DNA from: Deltaproteobacteria bacterium TL4
Lineage (GTDB): Bacteria; SAR324; NAC60-12
DNA: 64,000 nt
Direction: 5' to 3'
Assembly: GCA_051382335.1 (NCBI GenBank)
Contig: JBBCAX010000025.1
Coordinates: forward strand, 1 to 64,000
The notes below the pieces were generated by a model. It saw only the letters and a program-made list of their open reading frames with translations, made no database searches and was not told where the DNA came from. How positions within the stretch are numbered: the first letter of the stretch is position 1; every line of letters starts with the position of its first letter. The translations under genes and the position numbers were made by a program. This document shows positions 8,178 through 18,224 of this stretch, one piece after another.

Positions 8178-10550
8178 ATGACAGCCCCTATCACAAACAA
8201 TGATCAAAATGCCTTTGAGCCGCTTGTAAAATTTCACCTCAAAGGAAGCTCTCGTGCTCCGCAGAGTACATCCAACAAGATGTTTGCTCCCGCAGTGCTT
8301 CACGCGCTTCAAAATCCGCGAAATTTTTATCAGCATTACCCCTTGATTTTCATTCCGGCACTCAATAAGGAAACGAAGATGACCGTAAGGCCTTTGAGTG
8401 GATACATTGAAGAAATGTTTTCAGCTCAAAATGACCTTTCCATTTTATCCAAGAATGTGTTGTTCTTTGTGCAAACCCTTGCGCAAAACCTGAGTGCGGC
8501 AACAACCTCCGTCCCTCTGTCCCAAGTTCTCAAAACTGTGATTCCAGCGTTCCTTAAGGGCATGGACTTATCAGGAGCAGGGCAAAAGGATTTGCAGCAG
8601 GAGTGTGATCGATTTGCGGCTAGAGTTGATGTCAAAGCCTTGGTTTTGGGATTAAATCAGCAGACGTTATTAACACTATACACCCATCTTCTTGGAGAAG
8701 AACGTCGATCTCGTCAAACCCGATTTGCGGCGGAAGTCAAAAAACTGGCATCAGAACTTGAGAATCTGATTCGTGTCGATCACAACCTTTCAAAAGAGGG
8801 TGCGTCTTCACAAGCCATTTCTGGGGCTTTGGGAAATTATTCCAGTGCCTTCCTTGAATCAGGAGCTTTAGCTCAGTCACTCCCAGGAAAAAAAGGCTCC
8901 CTCAGACTATCTTCAGAACGCAAAGAAAGGATAGAGTCTTCGTTGGCTCTGCTTGAAACCTTTTTGTCACAGCCTGAGGAGAAAAGTTATTTGGTACACT
9001 CCGCGTCCCTTGGTGTTAATGCGGAACTTCCCCTACAGCCCCTTGTCGAAAAAGCGGATTGTTTGGCAAAATCGTTACAAACGTTTGAAGCCCTGATTGA
9101 TGAACGGATTAAGGTTTTCAAAGCGGTTCGCCTTGCACGGTTAGAAGTTTCCAATCAATACGAAGCCCATCAGCATCATGATCTTTTTGAGTCCTTCCAG
9201 TGGGAAGATTGTTCTGCGGAAGAGCTCAACCTTCTGCCGGATGTGCTTGTGGTGGAAACAGCCTCTCAAATTCAGAAGAACTTTATCCATTCCTTTTTTC
9301 AGGTTCTGTCCTCCAAGTACCCTGTTCGCCTGCTGATTCTGGATCCTCCTCAAGAAAACCTGCTCCAAGCGAAAATAGACTTGGGGGATCTTGCGATGAC
9401 TCAACGGGATGTGTTAGTTATTCGAAGCTCATTGGCTCGACCTCAACACCTGGTGGAAGGGCTGATCCGAACCTTCAGTGAAAAACAGAGCACCGTCATG
9501 GTGGTGAGTTCTCCCTCATGGAAAGACTTGTCTCAGGACTGGCTTTATATGGAAACCGCCTTGCAAAGCAGGGCAACATCGGTCTATCGCTATGATCCTA
9601 TGGAAGGACACACTTGGGCTTCTCGCTTCAGTTTAGCAGGAAACCCTCAAGTTGAAGCACCGTGGCCTCTGCAAACCGTCTCCTTTATGAACGCAAAAGC
9701 TGCGGAAGAGACCGTGGTGATTCCCTTCAGTTATGCGGATTTTATCGCGTTGCAGCCGGAATTTCAGCACCATTTTCAGGTCATGGAGGCTTCACTGAGA
9801 ATCCCTGAGTTGATTCCGATCACAGAATACCTTCAACTTTCCGAATCCGAACAGCGGAACAAGCTCCCTTTTATTTGGATGCTTGATGAAAATCGGCAAC
9901 TCCGACAAGCCCTTCTGACGTATGATATCGCCAGGATCGCCCAAACGCAGCACCACAAATGGTTGATGATTCAAGAGCAGGGAGGCATTCATAACGAGTA
10001 CGCCCGTCAGGCTGCGGAATCCGCAAAATTAAAGGTAGAAGCAGGAGCAAACGCAGCCCTTGAAGCTCTGAAGACAGAGCACGAGAAGGCCTTACTGCAA
10101 GCACAAAAAGAGGCAGGCAAAACGACCATGGAACGTTTGGCCCGTGTTCTGATGAACCTCGAAGAGGGCGCTGTCGCGGCACCAAGATCACAGTCCACCG
10201 TTTCGCCAGTGCAGCCTTCATCAACACCAGAGACCGCCCGTGCTCCGAAAGAAGAATCCAAAGTTCAAGACGTCCCTGTTGTAGAAAAAGACGAAGCTTT
10301 GGTGGCTGAGGCGTATATTGATTCCATGTTGTGCACGAGTTGCAATGACTGTTTCAAAATCAACCCCCAACTTTTCAAGTATGATTCCAACAATCAGGCC
10401 TATATTGAAGATGCAACCATGGGAACCTTTGCGGATCTGGTTAAGGCGGCGGCAGCCTGCCCTGCCCGTTGTATCCACCCTGGAAGTCCAAGAAGTGATG
10501 ATAAAACGGTGACTAATGAGCTTTTAGAAAAAGCGGCACAATTTAACTAG
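8178..10550 (+). CDS. Uncharacterised protein: degenerate PFOR C-terminal-like region, coiled coil, flexible linker and C-terminal ferredoxin
   Basis: C-terminal CTSCNDC...CPARCIHPG. The middle region aligns by eye with the C-half of 11408-15688. Confidence 0.7.
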   Translation: MTAPITNNDQNAFEPLVKFHLKGSSRAPQSTSNKMFAPAVLHALQNPRNFYQHYPLIFIPALNKETKMTVRPLSGYIEEMFSAQNDLSILSKNVLFFVQTLAQNLSAATTSVPLSQVLKTVIPAFLKGMDLSGAGQKDLQQECDRFAARVDVKALVLGLNQQTLLTLYTHLLGEERRSRQTRFAAEVKKLASELENLIRVDHNLSKEGASSQAISGALGNYSSAFLESGALAQSLPGKKGSLRLSSERKERIESSLALLETFLSQPEEKSYLVHSASLGVNAELPLQPLVEKADCLAKSLQTFEALIDERIKVFKAVRLARLEVSNQYEAHQHHDLFESFQWEDCSAEELNLLPDVLVVETASQIQKNFIHSFFQVLSSKYPVRLLILDPPQENLLQAKIDLGDLAMTQRDVLVIRSSLARPQHLVEGLIRTFSEKQSTVMVVSSPSWKDLSQDWLYMETALQSRATSVYRYDPMEGHTWASRFSLAGNPQVEAPWPLQTVSFMNAKAAEETVVIPFSYADFIALQPEFQHHFQVMEASLRIPELIPITEYLQLSESEQRNKLPFIWMLDENRQLRQALLTYDIARIAQTQHHKWLMIQEQGGIHNEYARQAAESAKLKVEAGANAALEALKTEHEKALLQAQKEAGKTTMERLARVLMNLEEGAVAAPRSQSTVSPVQPSSTPETARAPKEESKVQDVPVVEKDEALVAEAYIDSMLCTSCNDCFKINPQLFKYDSNNQAYIEDATMGTFADLVKAAAACPARCIHPGSPRSDDKTVTNELLEKAAQFN

Positions 10551-10564
10551 GGACAAGAGGACGC

Positions 10565-11374
10565 ATGGCTCAGATGGTACTCACCGCCGTCATCATTATG
10601 TCGGGGTTAGCCTGTATTTTTGGAATCATTCTCGCGATAGCTTACCGCTTTCTCCGTGTGGAAGAAGACCCTCGCATAGAGATTGTCGAATCAATGCTTC
10701 CTGGAAATAACTGTGGTGCTTGTGGAGAACCTGGATGTCGCGCTTTTGCGACCAAACTGGTATCCTTGCAGGTAATGCCGGCGAAGTGTACAGTCAGCAG
10801 TGCCGGTGGCATTAAAGCAATTGCCGAGTTTTTAAATGTTGACGCCGGTTCCGTAGAAAAACGTGTGGCACGAATTCACTGTGCGGGAGGCAAAGGGTTG
10901 GTCAAAGAACTCGCTCAATATACGGGAAAAGAATCCTGTGCCGCCGAGTACTTGGTCAATGGAGGAAACCGTGCTTGTGCCTGGGGTTGTCTGGGCCTTG
11001 GCGACTGTGAAGATTCCTGTACTTTTAATGCCATACACATGAACGCAATAAGACTCCCTGTGGTCGACGTTGACCGTTGTACCGCCTGTGGGGATTGCGT
11101 GGATGCCTGTCCCATCAACCTCTTCAGGATTGAGCCTCTTTCCCAGAAACTGATCGTTCAATGCAATTCACCCCTGGAAGGGGAAGCTGCGCGAAGTGTT
11201 TGTGCCGTGGCATGTGATGCCTGTGGACGGTGTGTTTCGGACTCCGGTCTTGGCGTTCTTGCAATGCAGGGAGGACTGCCCCGAATTCTAAAACCTGAAG
11301 CAACTTCAGCCTCCGCAACCCTTCGTTGTCCGACAGGTGCGATACAATGGGTTGAAGATGAGCAATTTAAATAA
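10565..11374 (+). CDS. rnfB: Rnf complex subunit B
   Basis: N-terminal TM anchor, VEEDPR, LPGNNCGACGEPGC, CAWGCLGLGDC, CTACGDCVDACP. Confidence 0.92.
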   Translation: MAQMVLTAVIIMSGLACIFGIILAIAYRFLRVEEDPRIEIVESMLPGNNCGACGEPGCRAFATKLVSLQVMPAKCTVSSAGGIKAIAEFLNVDAGSVEKRVARIHCAGGKGLVKELAQYTGKESCAAEYLVNGGNRACAWGCLGLGDCEDSCTFNAIHMNAIRLPVVDVDRCTACGDCVDACPINLFRIEPLSQKLIVQCNSPLEGEAARSVCAVACDACGRCVSDSGLGVLAMQGGLPRILKPEATSASATLRCPTGAIQWVEDEQFK

Positions 11375-11407
11375 CCTAAGAGCCAACTTTTTTTTACAGG
11401 AGAAATT

Positions 11408-14400
11408 ATGCCCAGTCCTAGTCTTTTTTTGGATTTGACTCCATTAAAGGATGATCACACCCTTGCAACAGGAGGATCCGCGTTATGGTCCATTGAATCC
11501 AAAATATGTGATCATATTTGCCTGGAAAAAGCATTAGCTCCTTCGCCTTTAGTGCCCTCTCCCCCCATGCCTGAGTCAAATCTTTTCAATCGCCCCTTTC
11601 GTGTTTCTAAATTTTCAGATGCGGAAAATGGGTTTGGCCTGGCCATGGGTTTAGGCGTTACAGGAAAACGGGTAGCGCTATGGCTCACAGGGTCGCAGTT
11701 GGCAAAACTTCAAATCATGTTGACAGAAACCGTCAATCGTCATATTCCTTTGGTTTGCCATGTCATTAATGGTTCCATCAACCGTCGTTTGAGTTCGACA
11801 GGCGGAGGACACCAAGGCTATCATGCGCTTTCTGAAACGGGGGCATTTCAGTTGTATGCCCGGAATGTGCAACATGCTGTCGATTTAGCGATTGTCCTGC
11901 GAAAAGTTGCGGAACAAGCCCTGATCCCCGGAGTTTTGGCGACAGATGCCTCAGAAACAGCCTTTGCACTAGAAACGCTTTCGCTGCCGGGTTCTGGATT
12001 CCTCAAAGATTTTATTCATTCGCCTAAACAATCCATCCCCAGCCAAACACCAAGTCAGCGGTTCTTATTTCATGAGAAACGTCGGCAAATTCCACAATGG
12101 CTTCATTGGGATACTCCTTGCGCACAGGGTTGGCCCATGGAAGGGTTGGATTACGCAACCTCTCGTGCGGGACATCATATTTTCCATGAAGATCCTTTGA
12201 TGATGATGGCACAGACGGTCATGACAGAGTTGTCCGCAATCACAGGAAGGCCGTTAGCCTTCATAACACGATATCAGCTTGGCGATGCTGAGCACATCAT
12301 CGTCGCCCAGGGCCACGCCGTAGAAACCGCAGAAACCGCGGCCAATTATTTGCGAAGTACCAAAGGTTGGAAAGTCGGTGTTCTTGGGATTGTATGTCTT
12401 CGTCCATTTCCTGCGGATTTGATTAGAAAGGCGATTCCGAACGCCAAAAATATTACCATTTTGGAACGCACCGAACCTCAAGCTCCGGCACAACTCCCTC
12501 TGAGAAGAGAGATTGCTTCCTTGTTTACGGGGACGAATGTTCGCCTTCTTTCCGGGGTTTACGGACTGGGAGGACAACCCTTCGCTCTTTCCCAAATGCT
12601 TGCGGTTTATGAAAATATGAATCAGGGGTCAGGCGCTCAGGAAACTGTGGTGTTAGGAATATCCACAGCAAATAAGGTTTCTGAGTATCCTAAGCGGCAA
12701 ATGTTGCTTCAATCGCTTCACAACGATTACCCAAAACTGGACAAGCAGGTTCTGCCTGAAGGAAAACGGTTTAATACCAACGGCGAAACCACTCGAAGTG
12801 TTTCCCTCTACACCCATCATCATGATCTTGCTCCAGACACGTTACAGTTGCTGGCACAAGCCCTGGCAAAACAAAACGGACCCCACGTCAAGAGTAGTAT
12901 CATCCTTGCGGAACGGGGATTTTGGTGTGGACGGGTTATGGCAAATCCAAACCCTATTCAAAGTCAGGGGAATGAGTATCCCACCGACATCACCCTTGTG
13001 ACGCGACTGGACGTACCTTCCTCAATCAGTCCTTTCCATTTAGCCCATATTGGAAAAGTGATCATTGCCTCAACGCTTGAGGACAGTACCTTGGCGACAC
13101 TCGTTTTACGGACTTTACATAAAGACGCACACTTGGGGCAGGGGAAATTTTATCGATTCAAAGGAACCGGTTCTGAGCTCATCAAGACCTTTGCGCAAGC
13201 ACCTCAAGCTCTTCAGAATCAAATTACGGAGCTTGTATTAGCGACAGCACAAGCTTCCCCTTCAGAGGTAGAGCCGCCTGCCTTTTTGAAGGCGAACATC
13301 CAGACGAGTCAGACCTATGACAGTCTCCCTAAATATTGGGGAGAATTTCTTCAGCCTCGCATTGAAGGAGAGATGCAGCACCCAATTCCTTCACCACGCG
13401 TCACCCTGGGCACACTCCCGTCGAGTACTGCGGCGTTTATGGATAAAACACCCATGCGTCAACAGACACCCAGTTTGAATAAATCCGTCTGTACGGGATG
13501 TGGAAACTGCTGGACTTCCTGTCCTGACTCCGCCTTTGGAACTGTGACGTTTGTAACCGAAAAATTACTCAGTGCTGTTGCCGAATCAGTTCATGGGACA
13601 CAAGTAACCAGTGATAGTATTGAAGGAAAACTCAAACGGGCCTATCGCAACCTGGCAACACGAATCAATCGCAACCTTGACCAAAGAGCAGGGCAAACGT
13701 TGACAGAAGAATTAATCCAGGAGGCCTTTGTGGGGTTACTTGAAAAACTCAATGTTTCAGAGGGGGAACGGCCTCAATACCAAAACAGTTTTAACGCGAT
13801 TTCCAAGAAACTGCTGGAACTTCCGCTTGTGGTTTCTCAATCGTTGTTTTACGACCAGGAGCACGCAAATAAGGGCACTGGAGAAATTTTGTTCCTTGCC
13901 ATTAACCCCAACACCTGTCAAGGTTGTGGTGTTTGTCAGGAAGTTTGTCCTGAGCAAGCGATCACGATGCCGCTTCAAACCACTTCGATGATCCAGGAAA
14001 TGCGGCAAAATTGGAAAATCTGCGAAGACTTGCCTGATACGGACAAAGCCTCGATTGAAACGTTGAAAAACTCATCCTTAGGAGTTTTGGCCTCCCTCTT
14101 CTTATCAAGACACTGTGCCCAAAGCCTTTCAGGTGGAACAGACGTCGAGGCAGGCTCAGGCGCACAACTTGCGCTAAGATTAGTCACAGGGATCACCGAA
14201 TATACGATGCAACATCAAATAGGTGCGTATGTTCAAACGCTGAAGCAGCTAAAAACACAAATCAAAAAGAAAATCAAAGAATTGATTGCGGACTCTGTCC
14301 CTATGGGTAATTTAGGCTTACTGGATGAAGCCTTGGCGGAACTCACAGGAAACAAAACACCCTTGTCCGAAGTTGTCGATAAGATCAAAACGACGGGTGA

Positions 14401-15688
14401 GACCTCAGTCGTTGACTTGTCTCAACTCAAGCATTTTACCCATTATTTCCATCAAGTAGAACACATTGAAAATCAAATTCTGAGCGGGAAAAGTGGTTTC
14501 GGCCGGGCAAGATATAGTTTGATCCTTGCGTCACAATTGTTATACGAACAAACGTATTACCCGCTGAACCCTTATCAAGTCCCGGTTTTGCTGGATTTAT
14601 CCACCAAAGGGGTCAGTCTTGCGTTAGGTGCGGTTGAAGGCTTGATTCAAGCTTATGTTGAAGAAGTCCGACAGGTACGAGTCATCAGCCAAGCCCTGCA
14701 ATCTTCTCCCAAAATCGCGGAACAAGATCCTTCAATTAACAAGCTTTCATGGCAGAATCTCAGTCCGGAAGAGAAACAGGCATGTCCGCCCATTTTGTTA
14801 GTTTTGGATGATGAAACTCTCAGCAACCAACCCCTGAGAGGATTATCCGAATTACAATCTTCGGGATATCCAATAAAAATTATTATTTTGGATGAAAAGG
14901 AAAATTTTCTGGATCAAACAGACCCGACCCTCATCGCCATAGCGAATCGAAAGGCGATGGTCCTTTCCAGCTCCTTGGCACACGCGCGACACCTTGGACA
15001 GGGTCTATTGAAAGCGATGAGTTCCTCTCAACCTTCGTTCGTTCACCTCTATACACCGAGCCCCAGTCGGCATGGGTTTGTTCCTAAGAACATGATCCAA
15101 CAGGCAAAAATGGCTGTTGCGTGCGGAGTTCATCCTTTACTGAGTTATGATCCGCAACAAGAGGGGGTCTTGGGGCTTAGAATTGAGCTGGCGATGGATG
15201 ACGCTGTGCGTATTTCAGGATCTGAGGCTTTTAAGTCAACCGTGTTGAACCTGGTTCACTGGGCCTTTACGGAATCCCGTTTTTCAAAAAGTTTTAACGC
15301 CCTCAAAGAGGGGAATTCGCTTTCAAACGGTCTCGATATTGAAGTATGGATTCAACTGTCTCCAGACCAAAGGAAGAGTAAGGAACCAACCTTGTCCTTG
15401 CTTGACGGTCGAGTCTTCCAGGTTTCCAGAGAGCTTGCTGAGGCAGCCGTTATCCGACAGGAAATGAACTTGACGCTGCAGGAACTTGCGGGAATCGCTT
15501 CACCCTTTACAGCCAGAATACGAGGTGAGTTGGAAGAAGAGTTAAAACAAAAAGCCTCAAAAGAAACTGTGATTCTTAAAAGCCAGCATGAGAGTGAAAT
15601 ACAGCAGGTCCGATTAGCTCAACAGCAGGAACAAGTGAAGTTGCTGTCACAACGGTTACTGGATCTATCCCAGTTGGAAGTCAATTGA
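11408..15688 (+). CDS. Single-chain PFOR (NifJ)-like protein with degenerate catalytic motifs and two intact [4Fe-4S] motifs
   Basis: PFOR-type segments (ARNVQHAVDL, KVGVL..LRPFP, GVYGLGGQ, LYTPSP) and CTGCGNCWTSCP / CQGCGVCQEVCP. No YPITP and no GDG TPP motif. Confidence 0.8.
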   Translation: MPSPSLFLDLTPLKDDHTLATGGSALWSIESKICDHICLEKALAPSPLVPSPPMPESNLFNRPFRVSKFSDAENGFGLAMGLGVTGKRVALWLTGSQLAKLQIMLTETVNRHIPLVCHVINGSINRRLSSTGGGHQGYHALSETGAFQLYARNVQHAVDLAIVLRKVAEQALIPGVLATDASETAFALETLSLPGSGFLKDFIHSPKQSIPSQTPSQRFLFHEKRRQIPQWLHWDTPCAQGWPMEGLDYATSRAGHHIFHEDPLMMMAQTVMTELSAITGRPLAFITRYQLGDAEHIIVAQGHAVETAETAANYLRSTKGWKVGVLGIVCLRPFPADLIRKAIPNAKNITILERTEPQAPAQLPLRREIASLFTGTNVRLLSGVYGLGGQPFALSQMLAVYENMNQGSGAQETVVLGISTANKVSEYPKRQMLLQSLHNDYPKLDKQVLPEGKRFNTNGETTRSVSLYTHHHDLAPDTLQLLAQALAKQNGPHVKSSIILAERGFWCGRVMANPNPIQSQGNEYPTDITLVTRLDVPSSISPFHLAHIGKVIIASTLEDSTLATLVLRTLHKDAHLGQGKFYRFKGTGSELIKTFAQAPQALQNQITELVLATAQASPSEVEPPAFLKANIQTSQTYDSLPKYWGEFLQPRIEGEMQHPIPSPRVTLGTLPSSTAAFMDKTPMRQQTPSLNKSVCTGCGNCWTSCPDSAFGTVTFVTEKLLSAVAESVHGTQVTSDSIEGKLKRAYRNLATRINRNLDQRAGQTLTEELIQEAFVGLLEKLNVSEGERPQYQNSFNAISKKLLELPLVVSQSLFYDQEHANKGTGEILFLAINPNTCQGCGVCQEVCPEQAITMPLQTTSMIQEMRQNWKICEDLPDTDKASIETLKNSSLGVLASLFLSRHCAQSLSGGTDVEAGSGAQLALRLVTGITEYTMQHQIGAYVQTLKQLKTQIKKKIKELIADSVPMGNLGLLDEALAELTGNKTPLSEVVDKIKTTGETSVVDLSQLKHFTHYFHQVEHIENQILSGKSGFGRARYSLILASQLLYEQTYYPLNPYQVPVLLDLSTKGVSLALGAVEGLIQAYVEEVRQVRVISQALQSSPKIAEQDPSINKLSWQNLSPEEKQACPPILLVLDDETLSNQPLRGLSELQSSGYPIKIIILDEKENFLDQTDPTLIAIANRKAMVLSSSLAHARHLGQGLLKAMSSSQPSFVHLYTPSPSRHGFVPKNMIQQAKMAVACGVHPLLSYDPQQEGVLGLRIELAMDDAVRISGSEAFKSTVLNLVHWAFTESRFSKSFNALKEGNSLSNGLDIEVWIQLSPDQRKSKEPTLSLLDGRVFQVSRELAEAAVIRQEMNLTLQELAGIASPFTARIRGELEEELKQKASKETVILKSQHESEIQQVRLAQQQEQVKLLSQRLLDLSQLEVN

Positions 15689-15714
15689 TGCTTAGTGAAT
15701 TTTAGCGTCTAAGT

Positions 15715-15861
15715 GTTAAATTAGCTGGCCACAATCAGCGTTTCGTCAAAAGGCAGTAATCTTTGAAATCCGGCTTCGGCGCCGCTCAGCCTGCGAGGCG
15801 GTTCCCTGAGCGAAGTCGAAGAGGACTTGGCGAAATGAGGAGAATGGCCAATTAACTCAAC
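15715..15861. mobile_element. MITE-like element with imperfect terminal inverted repeats and an internal palindrome
   Basis: gttaaattagctggcca (15715-15731) versus tggccaattaactcaac (15845-15861), 13/17 complementary. Inner cttcggcgccgctcag / ctgagcgaagtcgaag hairpin (15774-15821). Confidence 0.45.
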
Positions 15862-15888
15862 TATTCAAACAATAACGATTAAGGATTC

Positions 15889-17232
15889 ATGGGATTTCGG
15901 TTTTCATTTCAAAAAGCATCAACGTTCAGGCATGGTGTCCATCCTGAAGAGTATAAGGAAGATACAGAACATCTGCCTATTGAACGGATGCCCTTCGTCG
16001 ATGAATTCATTTTACCGCTTTCTCAGCATACGGGAAGCCCCGCGAAACCGGTGGTACGTCCTGGAGATAAAGTGACCCGAGGGCAACTCATTGCTCAACC
16101 CGATGGTTTTATCTCCACAGCGATTCATGCACCGGTCACAGGAACGGTGACAAAAATTGAACTGCGGCCTCACTCCAATGGACAATTAGCCTTGTCGATC
16201 ATCATTGCGGCAGATCCTTTTTCCAGCCAGCGATTTCAGGCAAATCCACCGCCACCTGTTGAAAACAGTTCGCCCAAAGAGCTTGTAGGGAGAATCCAGA
16301 ACGCGGGCATTGTCGGATTAGGAGGCGCCGCTTTTCCAAGCCACGTCAAATATAGCATTCCTGAAGGGAAAAAAGTTCGTTTTGTGATTCTGAACGGATG
16401 TGAATGTGAACCGTACCTGACCTGTGATCACCGTTTGATGGTTGAACGAGCCTCCGCTGTGATCAAAGGCCTTATATTTTCCATCCGGCTTCTCAATGCG
16501 GAAAGAGGTTACATTGGTGTGGAACTCAACAAGCCCGATGCCCTAGCGGCCTTAAAAAAAGAAGCGGCGCCTTATCCCAACATTGAAATTGTCCCGCTCA
16601 ATGTGAAATACCCTCAAGGCGCGGAAAAAATGCTGATTGATGCGGTTTTGAAACAAGAGGTGCCTCCTGGGAAACTGCCTTTAGATCTGGAAATCGTGGT
16701 CAATAGTGTCGCAACCGCGGCAGCCATGATTGATTTTTTCGAAACAGGGTTGCCCTTAATTGAACGGGTTGTTACCGTTAAAGGCCCTGCGGTACCCAAC
16801 CCCAAAAATATAATTGTGCCTTTGGGTACTCCAATTTCTAAAGTTTTGGAACATTGTGGTGTTGATTTGGAGTCCCTCGGAACAGTCATCCTGGGAGGCC
16901 CCATGATGGGTAAAGCGCAAAAAAATCTGGAAGCCTCTGTGATTAAAGGGACGTCTGGAATTTTAGCTTTTTACGAATTACCCACGCCCCCACTAGAAGA
17001 ACAACCGTGTATCCGGTGTGGACGCTGTTTAAACGCATGTGCCATGTTTCTCAATCCCTCCTTGCTTGTGCCGATAGTCAGAGCCGGGCTAGTGGAGGGG
17101 TTGAAAGAGCATCACCTCTTGAGCTGTTTTGAATGTGGTTCCTGCTCTTTTGTTTGTCCATCAAATATCCCGCTAACTCAATATATGGTGTTAGGCAAAG
17201 CCTTGTTAAAAAAGAAAGGGAGGAAAGCGTGA
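15889..17232 (+). CDS. rnfC: Rnf complex subunit C
   Basis: HGVHP, LSQHTG, AGIVGLGGAAFPSHVK, NGCECEPYLTCD, YPQGAEK, GGPMMG, CIRCGRC and CFECGSCSFVCP. Confidence 0.95.
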   Translation: MGFRFSFQKASTFRHGVHPEEYKEDTEHLPIERMPFVDEFILPLSQHTGSPAKPVVRPGDKVTRGQLIAQPDGFISTAIHAPVTGTVTKIELRPHSNGQLALSIIIAADPFSSQRFQANPPPPVENSSPKELVGRIQNAGIVGLGGAAFPSHVKYSIPEGKKVRFVILNGCECEPYLTCDHRLMVERASAVIKGLIFSIRLLNAERGYIGVELNKPDALAALKKEAAPYPNIEIVPLNVKYPQGAEKMLIDAVLKQEVPPGKLPLDLEIVVNSVATAAAMIDFFETGLPLIERVVTVKGPAVPNPKNIIVPLGTPISKVLEHCGVDLESLGTVILGGPMMGKAQKNLEASVIKGTSGILAFYELPTPPLEEQPCIRCGRCLNACAMFLNPSLLVPIVRAGLVEGLKEHHLLSCFECGSCSFVCPSNIPLTQYMVLGKALLKKKGRKA

Positions 17233-18224
17233 AAAAACCATCAGCCTTGACCATTGCGACGGGGCCTTTTTTAAACAAAGGTTTAAGCACCACCGCCCTC
17301 ATGTGGGAAGTAGTGATGTCCTTGCTTCCCATCGTACTGGTATCCATCTATTTTTTTGGCATCTCCGCAATCCTGGTTATTGGAACCACCGTTATGGCGG
17401 CAGCGTTAACCGAATGGTATTTTAGCCCTCAACGTTCCTTTCCGGGTACTCTCAAAGATGGCAGCGCTGTTCTGACAGGCGTATTGCTGGGCTTGACGCT
17501 TCCTCCCGCCATTCCGCTTTGGATGGCTCTCATCGGTGGGATGATGGCCATCACGATGGGAAAACTGATATGGGGAGGCTTGGGCTTCAATCGTTTCAAC
17601 CCCGCACTCTTGGGACGTGCCTTTTTGCAAGCAGCTTTTCCGGGAGCCATGACCACCTGGACCGCCCCTCGTTCAGGGTTTTTTACTCTAGATCCTCAAA
17701 CCTTCGCCTTACCTTTGATGCATGTTCCGGTTGACGGTTTTTCATCAGCGACACCACTTGGTCAAGCTAAATTTGAAGGAATCCTGACCAATCACTGGTC
17801 CTTATTATGGGGGAATACGGGAGGAACCTTGGGAGAGACCTGTGCCGTGTTGATTATTTTAGCAGGGCTTTGGCTGGCGTTCCGCAGGGTTTTTGATTGG
17901 CGATTGCCTCTTGCGACACTGTTATCGGCTGTCATTTTCAGTGGTCTGCTTTATCTGATTTCTCCTGATAAGTACCCTGACCCCCTTTTCATGTTTTTAT
18001 CGGGAGGACTCCTCTTTGGTACCGTGTTCATGGTGACTGATCCGGTAACCACCCCTGTCACGGCAAGTGGAATGTGGATCTTTGGAATCGGGGTTGGCTT
18101 CTTAGTCATCTTGATTCGTCTTTTTGGAGGTTTACCTGAAGGGATGATGTTTTCCATTCTTCTGATGAATAGCATCACTCCGCTCATTGACCGTTACACC
18201 CAACCACGACCGTTTGGAGGATGA
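17229..18224 (+). CDS. rnfD: Rnf complex subunit D
   Basis: Polytopic, GGLGFNRFNPAL, covalent FMN site SSATPL, GGTLGET, TDPVT. GTG start overlaps the rnfC stop (GTGA). Confidence 0.93.
   Translation: MKKPSALTIATGPFLNKGLSTTALMWEVVMSLLPIVLVSIYFFGISAILVIGTTVMAAALTEWYFSPQRSFPGTLKDGSAVLTGVLLGLTLPPAIPLWMALIGGMMAITMGKLIWGGLGFNRFNPALLGRAFLQAAFPGAMTTWTAPRSGFFTLDPQTFALPLMHVPVDGFSSATPLGQAKFEGILTNHWSLLWGNTGGTLGETCAVLIILAGLWLAFRRVFDWRLPLATLLSAVIFSGLLYLISPDKYPDPLFMFLSGGLLFGTVFMVTDPVTTPVTASGMWIFGIGVGFLVILIRLFGGLPEGMMFSILLMNSITPLIDRYTQPRPFGG

Noticed and set aside
11408..15688. Calling this gene a functional pyruvate:ferredoxin oxidoreductase (nifJ/por) or a pseudogene
   Set aside because: Catalytic and TPP motifs are not visible, so an active-enzyme call is unsupported. 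The ORF is intact with perfect Fe-S motifs, so a pseudogene call is also unsupported.
17133..17228. Longer N-termini for rnfD (17133) and rnfA (19377) given by the ORF track
   Set aside because: They overlap upstream genes extensively. The coupled starts at 17229 (GTGA) and 19533 (TAATG) fit the family lengths.
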